NCBI RefSeq assembly: GCF_023055435.1
Contig: NW_025964353.1
Span: forward strand, 806,001-870,000
Direction of reading: 5' to 3'
DNA length: 64,000 bases
Source: Haliotis rufescens
Lineage: Eukaryota
A program made the translations under genes and the position numbers. The notes under the pieces were generated by a model. It made no database searches and was not told where the DNA came from. It was given only the letters and a program-made list of their open reading frames with translations. Positions within the stretch are counted from its first letter, which is position 1; each line of letters begins with the position of its first letter. Below are positions 1 through 10,937 of this stretch, piece after piece.

Positions 1-53
1 CCAGCCTTATTAGGCTTATGAGACATATTAAAATACAAGTGTATCCATTGTGA

Positions 54-90
54 AATAATAATAATAATAATAATAATAATGATAATAATA
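54..90. repeat. (AAT)n microsatellite
   Basis: Direct aat tandem run with one gat interruption, in a very AT-rich tract next to the 3' end of a LINE relic. Confidence 0.85.
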
Positions 91-197
91 AAAGTAAATT
101 GAAAAATAAATATAAGATATATATACAATACTAATAAAAATAAAAGTGGTGTTTTACTTTCTTAAAATAACAATAATAATTGTAATAATAATGATAA

Positions 198-490
198 TTA
201 ACTTTTATAGTTTTGTCTTCTTTTAAACATATGATATAGACATTTAGCTAAAATATGTTGCAATGATTCCTCTTGCATACTAAAAATCAATTTGTCTGAG
301 CTGCCTAAATTTAGAAAATCTCTGTTCATAGCAAAAGCTTCTTGTAAAAGATCAAAACGTAAGTCATCATAGGTACATTCGATTAAGAAATGGCATTCAT
401 CTTCAATATAAGTGGGAGGAGCATTGTGTTCATGAGAGTATATACAATATTTACATATTCTTTGAGACAAAGGAGTGGGAGGCTCGGAGT
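198..490 (-). mobile_element. Decayed non-LTR retrotransposon (CR1/L2-like) ORF2 C-terminal fragment
   Basis: Translation QRICKYC...IEDECHFLIECTYDDLR matches the R-x-C-xx-C...EDE-x-HFL-xx-C-x-Y zinc-knuckle motif at the end of LINE ORF2; an AT-rich tail follows. Confidence 0.7.
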
Positions 491-1289
491 ATCACATATC
501 ACTCGGAGTATGACATAGTTCCTTCTTGTACGCACTGACGCATCTGCTCTGTAACGTCTTCATGACGAGGCGACTGCCGTCATCACCCCCGGCACACCTC
601 GATAGCGAGAATGTTACCTCAGCGTTACGTGCCCGGCGACTCAATTGCAATCACGCCGACGACACGGGGTTATAGTAATACCAAGATAATAGGTAGAGGA
701 GATACACGTTCTGTATTTACATAAACAAATAAACAAACAAGTGGCGTGTGATGAGGTTACTGGCGTCGCCGGCAGCACAGTAGTGAGGTGTTGTTTTGTA
801 TCTACTAATGATTGCAATTATGTACGGCTGTGTATTAATCGAAGTGATGATTAGTGAGGGTTTGTTGTCAGTGTGTATCTGTAAGAGATACAATTTGCCT
901 CGGGACAAACAGTGCAATTAAAATAACGTTCCTTTCTTTGGAAAGGCCAAACCAATAACAAATTCACATATTTTAGACATATCAAGTAGAGTTATCAATG
1001 CAATTGATGAAAAATGAATATGTGTTTGTCAAATCCATAAGTAAACAAAGATCTACATGTAAGATCGAACAAGAAATATTTGACTCTATGATAAGTAATA
1101 ATTTTGTAAACATATTCTTTTTTTCTTTCCACGTTCTCTATTTAATATTTCGGAGCAAACATTTTGCAATATGTATCTTTTAGTTTAAAGTAATAAAAGT
1201 AAATTATTTTATTTGCTTTGCTGTTCTTTACTTTGTTTTTTACAATTGAATTCTTTATTCAGTACTGTACAGGCCACATGCCCTTTGAA

Positions 1290-1720
1290 CAAAATGTATG
1301 GCATATTTATGGCAACGTATTCTTTCTACTTTAGCGGTATTAATCATGAGCTTTGTGTTAGTTGTAGATAAAAGAATATTAAACTTATGGACATTTGGGT
1401 GTAAATAATATTTTGAAGGAATTTAGAGATGAGTATATGCAGGGCACACCAGCAGGAAATGAAACTCGTCTTCTATTAGGCCAAATTGACATAGTTTACA
1501 AAATCTTTCTTTACGAGGGGTGTTTACGTTTTCTACCAGTGTGCATCTAAACCTTGACATACATGACCGAAATTTACTCACGATTACACAATATTCTTCA
1601 CACTTCAACGTTCATTTAAAATGAGAATAGAAGGAGATTTTAGAACTATTACATAAACTTCTGTTCCATGTTTGTTGAAAATTATCTTTCAAACGTTGCA
1701 AAAACATCGAAGTAAATACC
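1290..1720 (-). mobile_element. Second decayed CR1/L2-like LINE ORF2 3' fragment
   Basis: ORF 1423-1608: SRFRC...RKERFCKLCQFGLIEDEFHFLLVCPAYTHL, the same terminal motif. Boundaries are approximate. Confidence 0.7.
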
Positions 1721-3369
1721 AAATGAATTTCAGTGTTAGTTGTTATTCATTCGTGAAAGAGGTGATACAGTACATAAGTACCAGGTTCAGCGTATATGTC
1801 CCACCTTGGCGTTTCATGAACCGGAACGGCCATCTTCTATCACTTTGCCAACTGCATTTCGTTTGTTTATCTTGGCCCACAGAAGATGTATCTGTCTGTA
1901 TCAATTCCCCATCTCTTGTCTTCAAGGCGCAGGGGATCAGTGGAAGCGGTGGCACCCCCTCAGTCCCCCATAAACCTGTCAATCATTCCAGAGTTGGACA
2001 ACAGTCACTAATCCAGCGATTATTAACATGGTCAAACTGATTTATCGCATCCACTACACTCATTGTTTCCTCCTCACCTCGAGCTGTTTCTGATCCAATC
2101 AAATGCCACCCTGGCTTCATATAGCCAATCAAACTTCGTCATTTCATGGCTCCTCTTTCTTCAGGGTGTTTATAAGTACACTTGATACAAACCCAAGAAC
2201 AATGTGTAATAACCTACACCACCTCACTCTAAGCCTACATGTCTATTCAATGAAACATTTCGTGTTGAATTATTGTTAATTTACACAACACGTCCGTCGT
2301 ATGAACGGGCAAAGAAGCCAATTAGCCCGACTGCAGCCCCGGGGTACCAAGTGCCTGCACAAAAAACCCACTAAGATTTTTTTCCAGACAGATTGAAGCG
2401 ACACGTACTAATCCCGTCGATTGTTTGTATATACCAGCTCTTGAGGGCCTACTAAACGCCATTGTCAGATGGTATGTGGGTATGGACTTCTTAGAAAAGT
2501 TTGGAAACCAAAAAGACCGTTATAATTGGTTATAAAGCACTTGATCGCACTTGTTGGGTATATTGTGCTTTGCCATGTAACTTGTGATTGAGTGGCTATT
2601 GATATTGTTCAATGGCGTGAAAATATTTGACAGAAACGATTTTGATAATCTTTTCCACTTGATCCATCTGTACTGGAGCAATTAGACTGGCGGGGCCCCG
2701 GGGCTGCACACGTCGGTCTCAACTTGAGGTTAGGGATAAACTGTGTATAACGTACCAATCGGAGATAACATGGATATTTGGTTCAATACAACTTTTGGCT
2801 TCAGTGTTTAGCCTGGTCCTTTCGAGGTTAAAGTTTCCTACAGCCATGCCGTTCTCACGTCTACCTACAGCGGCCAATTATCATAAAACTATCATACAAA
2901 TGATATTACATTATATGAGATTAATAATTTGTATATTTCTGTTACGTGGTCCCTTTTAACTGATTACTTAAAGTAAATATTCCCCAGCTGTATTAAGACT
3001 GACGCAATGGACTGTAAATTGATATAGTTGATGTTACTTGTGTTGTCCTGCTTTGTTCGTGCTATGATAAAGGGTCGTCATGAAATATATGTCCTTTTGT
3101 ACACAAAGTCATTTATTGTGAAGGAAAAGAAATTGTGAATTTCAATCGAGTTGTCTGGAATTAGCTGCCTGACATATTGCCTAAATAATCAGACCTTAAT
3201 AAATTATTTTCTTAAAGTATTAAGGTGCTGTATGATTTGTGTGTGTGACAAAGCAACAGACCTTTGAAACAAGGGACATCACTGATGCACAAACATCTTC
3301 CGGAAGGTCACAATGATACACCTCAAAACAACCAGCAAGGTTTGACTCGGGGGATTATGGAGTTAGCCC

Positions 3370-3544
3370 TGAGGGATTTGCCCACCCCGATAACACCCGG
3401 CCATTGTAAGACCCCTGTCCCCTAAACACAAGCAGCAGGACAAGGTATATAACCAACACGGGAGGTATCACTTCATCACTTAAATTGCTACATCCAGCAC
3501 TTAAACAGTAAAACGTGGACCGAACTGTCTGGAAGAGTAACACA
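3370..3544 (+). promoter_or_regulatory. Core promoter and 5' UTR of the + strand nodal gene, TATA box TATATAA at 3446-3452
   Basis: TATATAA lies ~95 nt before the ATG. Flanking motifs (aacacccggccattg, acacaag, ggtatataac, acacgggaggtatcac, ttgctacatcc) recur in reverse complement upstream of the type B copies (57700-57820) and, more diverged, the type A copies. Confidence 0.75.
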
Positions 3545-6500
3545 ATGTCACAGTTAGGAATTATCATTTTGATTGTGTGTATTGGACCTGTGTTTATTCA
3601 TGGAGTAGATTTTCCTCCACATTGGATCAAATCTGGAGTTGACGTCAGCACGGAAACAACTGTTGAAAAGTCGGACTCAACTGCGGACGATACGATTCGA
3701 TACTTCAAGAAATGGAGAATTGCGGCGGATTATAGGAAAGCATCTACTATATTTATGGTGAAACTTTTTAATTTCCTACAGAAGGGATCGCCCGTTGCTA
3801 AAGCGGCGGGTGGAAGGTTGAACCAACCCGATCTGAGATTGTCCGACACCATTAGGAGTTTCTCCACCAAAGGTAAGAGCACGGGGACATGTATAGTACG
3901 AAGAATGGATGTTTGTATTGGACAATGTTAGGATGATAAATATTCGTCCATTATATAGTTGAGAATACCAATGTCACCAATAGAACCATACCCATGAAAT
4001 AGGTTGTGAAAACATCAATTTCAAATGTTTTACAAGTAGTGGCCGTTATTAGCCAACTGAAATTAGATGAACGAGATATGTTGTTTCTGGTGTTATAAAG
4101 CAGGATCACGAAAGAAATTTAAGGACATTATTATACGAATTTGAAAGGTTTAGCAAAACGAATGAACAGTGGAAGGGATTTATTGGTGGTTTTGTTCAGA
4201 GAATCATCAACTCGGGTCCAAATCAAAAACAACAAACAAACAGAATAATTTCGCATATGTAACTAAATACTTGAAACACTTTAGTTTAAAAAAAATGTTT
4301 AACATGTACAGAGTAGTTGAATGTTTAAAGCAATATATTTGCGATTTACAAACAACATTTAACCAACCATTATGTCATGAAATGTTTAGGCCCGGAACAA
4401 CTGCATACGTTCGAAGTGTACCATACTTAAATACATTTTGTGTGTAAGTTCATACAATACATATGACTTTTATATGAATGGATTTCTTGAGACAGTTCTG
4501 AGAAAAACATGGTATACGCAACTTCGTGTTCAACATGGAACACTTGGATGTGTACGACAATCCCAATTCTCTTATACGTAAACATGTTGGCTGTCTGTGA
4601 TATATCTATGCTACACAACCGGCCTATTCACCATGACATTTGCATTAGAAACAAGTGTGATGCATGTATGTGTTACATACAATCAACTAAGTAGGTTCTG
4701 CGATACATGGTTCACGAGCCACACTAAGAATATCATTAAAAAACATTTAAATATGGAAACAACCAAGTTTCGCGAAATTTCCTGATTTATGTCTGAAATA
4801 TATCATAATTTGGCAATGCTTTTCTGATAATTAACAAGTTATTATATATATGTGTTGCCAGAAGTACGATGTAAAAATAGATGATGTGCTATTATACGTT
4901 ATCTAAGGGAAGGGTATAACAACTGAAGCTAAAGACAATCACATATAAATATTGGTATTGGATCAGTTTATGAACTATTTCATATGTAAAGAGAATTATT
5001 CAATCCTCGAAAACAATAAATACATGTTTGATTTATTATAATTGGAATAGAAATACTTCTTCGGTTTCCTCACTATGAAAAACTAAAACTGAGGAACAAA
5101 TGCTCAATATATTGTGGCCTATGACTATGGCAGATAGTTTTTCGAGATAAAAGTGTAGTTAATATGGTTATTTTTTATCATTTCAAAATAATAGCAGTTG
5201 CATCTGTTCACATGACTAAAGTTTTAAGTGTATATGAAACATGATTTTATGCTAATGATACTTCGGTGTAAATGACAAATAGCGTCAAATTAGGATATTT
5301 GCTTACGAGTCAACATCAACTGCCTGGTAAAAGAAAGTACACACCCATATTTGATGGTGGTTAAAAATGAAACCAACGAGAAATTGTTATTCGATCGCGA
5401 TGTATTCGATACATATTTGTGTTTTGGACCTTAAGTTTGCAATGTTTTGTATCGGAGACTATTACCAGCCAAGTAACGATTTTTTTATAACGTTTGTATT
5501 GTTTTGGTCAAATTCAATTTTCAAGTACATACTTTTTTTGCCCTGCAGTTTACATTTAATAATATATTCATTATGTTCCTGAATTTGTCTCTTACATTTT
5601 GTCTGGATTGTCACTTTTATAAAAAAAATAATTTAAAAACTACTTTTAATTTCAACTTAAGAGGAGTTCTGATGAACCTGTAATTAAGGGTAAACTAAAG
5701 CAATCCGTATGCTATCTTACAGTTGGGAAGGGCACGTGTCGTGATAATGACGCAGGGGCCTTAATCGTTTTTTTGTCAATTGAAGATGAACACATATTTT
5801 ATTCATCTAGCCACAGTATTCGCATAAGCGTAGTTTATACCATTATTATTATTATGGTTGTTGTTGTTGTTGTTGACGGAGCTGATAGGCCACACACCTA
5901 TAAAGATACACACATTGTTACTTTCTTTAAGTTTACACCGGATGCTATATTATTGTGTATATACACACATTCCAACATTAATTGTCGGGCAAACGAAAGG
6001 CAATTGGATTTGGCCCAAACATTATAAATGTTATGAAAACGTTATTTGGGGGGGGGGGGGGGGGGGGGGGGGGGTGGCAGAAACCTATGATTGTGGATTC
6101 GAATCCCGGTTCGCCCCAATTATGTTTCTAGGTTTGTCAGCGGCATACCCGTGCTCGTGAGTTTCACCGAAGTGGTAAACGTCTGGGACCTGCATCACTT
6201 GGGGCTTTCCTCCCACATTAAGCTGACACGCCGTGATATAACTGGAATACTGTTAAAAGCGGCGTTACACTCACTCACTCACGTTACTTGGCGCTGAAAA
6301 CAGTCGCCGAAACACTGTAAACTTAAGGTCCAAAACAAAAACTATTATACCCGACCCAAATGCATCCCCATCGAGTAACAATTTCTTTTTTGTTTCATCT
6401 TTAGCCTCCATCAAACATGGGTGTATACTTTATGTCTGTTGTCCGACAGTTTATGTGTACTAACGTCAAAATCAGTGCATAACCACTCCCATATTAGGAG

Positions 6501-7482
6501 CGATTTCTCATCGCAACCATGACTGTCAAACATTAATAAGTTGTGGGTCAGGTGGCCTCGTGTACTGAAATATATCTATCAATCTTGCTTATATGTTGTC
6601 TAATATTTCACATATGATACATATATACGTATTTTTGCAGAAATTCTACAACCAGAAGGAAGTAAAAAAGTGGAAATGCGTTTTAAGATTCCCTTTTTAC
6701 CCCGAAATGAACGACTTCGATTGGCTGAGTTCCGCTGTTTGCGTAAAAAATCCCGAAACGTAAGGACTAAGAAGTACAAGATCAAGATAGACATTTTCAA
6801 GGGAGGAAGTCTTGTCAGCAAATTTGCCTTTAGGACACCGCCTTTTGTTCACGCTGAATATGATGTGTTTGACGTCAGTCGCGCACTGACCCCTTGGATC
6901 AACGGTTACCATGGTAACGTCACGATAAACATTAAACTTCCATTGAAATATACCAAAACACTTTCTAAAAACAAGTCAAAGAAAGCTGATTCATTAATCG
7001 TCTTTTACCTGGAAGATGATGAATTCCTGAAAAATATGTATGAAAGTTACACAGCGGAAGAACGTGCGTCTAAGACGTCAAGTGACGTTATGTCACGTGG
7101 GAAGAGGGCGTCACGTGGCAAGAATCGACGTCATCGAAAGAACAGGAGATGGAACAAAGCAGGAAAGCGAGAGGGCTGTCATGTGTACGACTTTGACGTT
7201 GACTTCAACACTATCGGATGGGGACAGTGGATCATTCATCCAAAACGTTTCAATTCCAAAGTCTGTTACGGCAGCTGTCCCTCCCCCATCGACATCCGCT
7301 ACAAGCCCACCAACCACGCGATGTTGCAGTCACTGATGAGAACCAAACGGTCAAACTCTGCACCCGTCCCCTGTTGTGTTCCTACCAAGTTAAAAGCACT
7401 GAGCATGTTATACTTCGAATATGACGAAATTGTGGTACGTCACCACGAAGACATGATTGCTGATGAGTGTGGTTGTCGATGA
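3545..7482 (+). CDS. nodal: Nodal, TGF-beta superfamily ligand, 389 aa; exon 1 3545-3872, intron 3873-6640, exon 2 6641-7482
   Basis: Signal peptide MSQLGIIILIVCIGPVFIHG. Donor AAG|GTAAGA and acceptor tttttgcag|AA join in phase 1 (328+842=1170 nt). Furin site RGKR. Seven-cysteine domain with Nodal-type motifs IGWGQWIIHP, PTNHAMLQSL, CCVPTKL-x-x-LSMLY and RHHEDMIADECGCR. Confidence 0.92.
6048..6074 (+). repeat. Poly-G tract (about 27 nt) in the nodal intron
   Basis: Uninterrupted G homopolymer. Confidence 0.9.
6090..6282 (+). mobile_element. tRNA-derived SINE with (CACT)n tail
   Basis: B-box-like ggattcgaatccc at the 5' end; 3' end cgccgtgatataactggaatactgttaaaagcggcgttacactcactcactcac is shared with other SINE copies in the window. 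Confidence 0.65.
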
Positions 7483-7656
7483 CATCATCATCTTTGTGAC
7501 GTCATTTTATTCTACAGCATGAGGCTATGTGCAACAAAATACAATTCTACGGAAGCTGATCTGTGATGACAATTCTATGGTGCTATATTGTAGAAGCCTG
7601 ATTATATTGTGTTTCTTTGGGAATTTATACTGTAATATATGTGATGTAAACAATGA

Positions 7657-7662
7657 AATAAA
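7657..7662 (+). other. Putative polyadenylation signal of the + strand nodal gene
   Basis: AATAAA 175 nt after the stop codon, followed by G/T-rich sequence. Confidence 0.5.
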
Positions 7663-7984
7663 ACATGTGTAGATTGGTATATTGAATTTGGGTTATAATT
7701 TTTATACTGAGATAGTTGAGCAAATTTCACTTTTCGTTGAGCAATTTGAATAAGCCGTCGGTCTAAAGCAAGCATCAGTGTCGAAAATGTTGTACCTACA
7801 TTTGTATGGTGGGAATCGAATACAGGCCTTTGCAGTGAACAGCGACAGCATTGATAAAGAGGCTATTTTTGTACAGAAAATGTAAACGCCATAACCTGAT
7901 GAGTTGAACATGAATAATGTGTCCGTGTATGTTCACAATTGTGTATGTAAGTGTAATGATTTCTACCTCAATGTCAGTTTGTTC

Positions 7985-8220
7985 AATATGTACATTGTCG
8001 CTGTTTGTTGTTTAATGTCGCAGTCAGCAGTACTGCCTATATGTCGGCGGCCTGTATATAATCAAGTCCGACAAACCAGTGGTTGATATCATGACAACTT
8101 TCCATACAGTCGGGGTACGGTGACCCGCAATCAACCATGTCACCGAGCCAGACCACCCGATCCACTACGCAGCCTCAAAATGGCAGTATATTTTACTGGA
8201 GCCCTATTCTAACCAGCAAT
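7985..8220 (-). mobile_element. Probable degenerate SINE of a second family
   Basis: Minus strand ends ...ccgccgacatataggcagtactgctgactgcgacattaaacaacaaac, a SINE-like 3' end with an (AAC)-type tail. Recognised by pattern only. Confidence 0.4.
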
Positions 8221-8274
8221 GTCCATGTGGTCAATGTATTGTCACCGCTGAGTGTTATTTATCTACTAAACTTA

Positions 8275-8388
8275 AGGTGGTGGGGTACCCTAGTGGTCAA
8301 AGCATTCATGAAAGCCCACTTCTGGTGTCCCTTGTCGTGATATTGCTTGAATAATACTTAAAGCGGCGTAAAACCATACTCACTCACT
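8275..8388 (+). mobile_element. Internally deleted (CACT)n-tailed SINE
   Basis: A-box-like ctagtggtcaaagc joined to aagcccacttctggtgtccc...gcggcgtaaaaccatactcactcact, the reverse complement of the 9302-9455 copy. Confidence 0.7.
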
Positions 8389-9301
8389 ACTAAACTTTAC
8401 ATTGAAGGGAACCCAACCATAAATGGAGGGATGGTACACTTGTATATGATTGTGTTAGAAACAGATGATCGGTGTTGTTCTTCATAAATCAAACACACCA
8501 AGATGCAATTATCTACTTGTACAATTATACGGAATACACTTACAACACAGCGCATTACTCGTTCTGTTGCGTCACCAATACAATACAAGATGTTTGTTTG
8601 AATATTTTGCCATGAAGATAAACTAATCAGAATCTGCTGCTGTTAACAGAATAATCCGCTTGTCAGATAATATGAATCCGGTTTACCGGTACACGATCAC
8701 AGGGATTAACGGAATATGTAGCATGTCAATCTCTTACCTCTAAGGAACCGCCCATAACTAGAAGTCGGATTATCTCTGTGACGTGTCCACATTATCTGTC
8801 TGGGTGTTTGTGGGTCTGTGTGTATGTGTCTGTGTCTGTGTGTCTGTATATCAATGCATTACAGATATATTCGCGAACATACGTTTCCAAGACCATTTAC
8901 CCAGCTAGTATATGTAATGGATAAGATTGGACAATGGTCCAATCTACGAAAACCAATAGTATCAACATTTGGCTTGTTTTTAAAACGTCTTTTATACTGG
9001 AGTCAAAAGCTCGACATGGACACAAATCCGGATAAATATATATGTGTATTGGGTCCAGGAAATGTGCCACCAAATCCATGTCTCAAAGATAACTTATTAC
9101 CCTCAAAACATTGCATTTATCCACATTGTACGCAACAATTCCACTCGAACCACAATAAATTTGAGGTAAAGGGTTTTTCTTTGAGGTTCAGAAAATCAGA
9201 AGATAAACTTATACCTGATATTCATCACCCTCGGTACAGTGTTCGCTACAATGTAATACCTTCTGGGAAATCACACCTTTGTCCATAATCCCGTTTCAGT
9301 T

Positions 9302-9455
9302 TGAGTGAGTGAGTATAGTTTTACGCCGCTTTTATCAATATACCAGCAATATCACGGCAGGGGACACCAGAAATGGGCTTCACATATTGTGCCCATGTGG
9401 GAAGTCGAACCCGGGTCTTCAGCGTAACAAGCGAATATTTTAACCACCAGGCCAC
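9302..9455 (-). mobile_element. Near full-length tRNA-derived SINE with (CACT)n tail
   Basis: Minus strand shows A box tggcctggtgg, B box ggttcgact, body ...tttctggtgtcccc...gcggcgtaaaac and tail actcactcactca. The same family occurs at 8275, 54951 and in the array units. Confidence 0.8.
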
Positions 9456-9588
9456 ACACACACAACTGGGCAACACATGTTAATTATTACTGCGTAATAA
9501 CCTCAACATTCGGGAACTAGGTCCACGAGCATTACATCATCTTACGGAAGCCTTTTAGGGCCATTTGTTTTTTTAATTTTTTCGATAA

Positions 9589-9826
9589 TATCTTGAAATT
9601 TCAAGATGCTAAGTTGAAATTTCAAGACAGAGAAGTTGAAATTTCAAGATACTATCTTGAAATTTCAAGATTATTCACTTCAAACGTATTTTTACATCTT
9701 AGGATGTTAAAAACTTCTTATCTTGAAATTTCAATATAGTATCTTGAAATTCCAACTTCTCTATCTTGAAATTTCAACTTAGTATCTTGAAATTTCAACT
9801 TAGTATCTTGAAATTTCAACTTAGTA
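9589..9826. repeat. Fold-back (MITE-like) element made of palindromic TTGAAATTTCAA units
   Basis: Four ~21-22-nt units (9589-9672) and five inverted units (9719-9826) flank a short spacer; the two arms are reverse complements. Confidence 0.8.
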
Positions 9827-10211
9827 CTTATTTATCACTTGAGAAACGACTTAAACTATAATAGTCGCAGATAAAATCCCAGCTTGAGTGACCTTGCCCC
9901 ATCCCTTCAAACTATTCAATAATGTCAATCTTCTACAAAGTCCGAGTTCAGGTAAAATGATGTAAACAGTGAACCCCTGTTAGAGCAGACCCCTTTGGTC
10001 CGACAACTGCGTCTTTCGGAAAATTACTGTTGAGAACGTCTTTGTGATTGCAAGGTGACACTATTCCATATACCCATGATTTATTGATGTGGAAATTAGT
10101 TAAAGGTGCCATATTCGAAGCCTAAATTGTTTGATAGGCATTACTTAGAAGTTGACGGATGACAAGGTAGACACAATTTTATGGATGACAACTTCTTTAA
10201 TACTGTGAAAA

Positions 10212-10249
10212 GCGACGTTTCGGTATAGATCCTTATACCGTTGTCAAGC
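10212..10249 (-). ncRNA. Minimal hammerhead ribozyme-like motif in the Penelope pseudo-LTR
   Basis: Minus strand GC-UUGACAA-C-GGUAUA(aggauc)UAUACC-GAAACGUC-GC: core variant with U3/A8 in place of C3/G8, a 6-bp stem II and a minimal stem III. Stem I is very short. Confidence 0.6.
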
Positions 10250-10264
10250 AAGACTGAATGAGGG

Positions 10265-10926
10265 TACTTACTTAAATTAGGAATTTAACGTGCGATTTCC
10301 GACATATGCGTATTTCGCGCACGGGCCCGCAAGGCCATTTAGTGTTTGGTCGAAAAGAGTATGTCCGAAAAGGTGAGGCAACCTAGGTGGGGCTCTTTAG
10401 GGTTGCTTACTTAATTTGGAGAACAATTTTGGAATTTTGAAATATGCCATTAGGGGGGGGTGGGGGTGGGGGTGGGGGGACTAAAAGGAGTTTGTGTGTT
10501 TTATAGGTTTAGAATTTTAGGGTTTATTGACAGCTTCTTTGTTGTACTTTTATTTTTAAATGCGGCCAAGTAAGCCTGTTTTGATAAGATATATGCCTAG
10601 TGCTTTAAAGGTTTTTAAGTCATTTAGGGGGTTCAGTACAGTTGCTAGTGTCATTTGATTGTTGTAATTTAGTGTTGATTGGAGTGTTGTTCTGTGATGC
10701 TGGTAATGTGTGCAATATAGTATTACGTGCAGTGGGGGCATTTACCGGTTTGGTGTTTTTTAATTTGGTGCAGATGGGAGTTTAACTTAGTGTGGCCTGT
10801 TTGTAGTTTAGTTATTACTCTGTCAATTTTGTTTGTTTTATGATGGATTTTTGGTTTGTTGAGTGGCTTTTGTAGCAGGTGTTTTAGTTTGCAATCAGAT
10901 TTCTGATAGTTATTTTGCCAGTTATT
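10265..10926 (-). mobile_element. I-group LINE 3' fragment A (zinc-knuckle region, 3' UTR, (TAAG)n tail)
   Basis: Translation ..IDRVITKLQTGHTKLNSHL..HVILYCTHYQHHRTTLQ..FKALGIYLIKTGLLGRI is homologous to fragment B. Tail reads tacttactta on the + strand; flanked by gaatgaggg. Confidence 0.8.
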
Positions 10927-10937
10927 TGAATGAGGGA

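Noticed and set aside
1672-2200. GC-richer stretch with overlapping 77-122 aa ORFs, possibly a decayed coding or transposon fragment
   Set aside because: No motif I can assign, and stops interrupt the most plausible minus-strand frame; it needs a tblastx or Dfam search.
6092-6099. FoxH1 consensus TGTGGATT in the long nodal intron as an asymmetric-enhancer equivalent
   Set aside because: A single site lying within the B-box region of a SINE, with no clustered partner site noticed; probably incidental.
6641-7482. Assignment of the ligands to BMP2/4, Lefty or GDF1/3
   Set aside because: IGWG-x-WII-x-P, PTNHAMLQSL and RHHEDMI..ECGC fit Nodal better, and the interchain cysteine (CC) that Lefty lacks is present; a phylogeny is still the decisive test.
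8818-9288. 156-aa ORF
   Set aside because: Starts in a TG-rich simple repeat at a non-ATG codon, with no domain signature or splice support.
9589-9826. Regularly spaced short palindromic repeats resembling a CRISPR array
   Set aside because: No unique spacers of 25-45 nt, no cas genes, and the context is eukaryotic.
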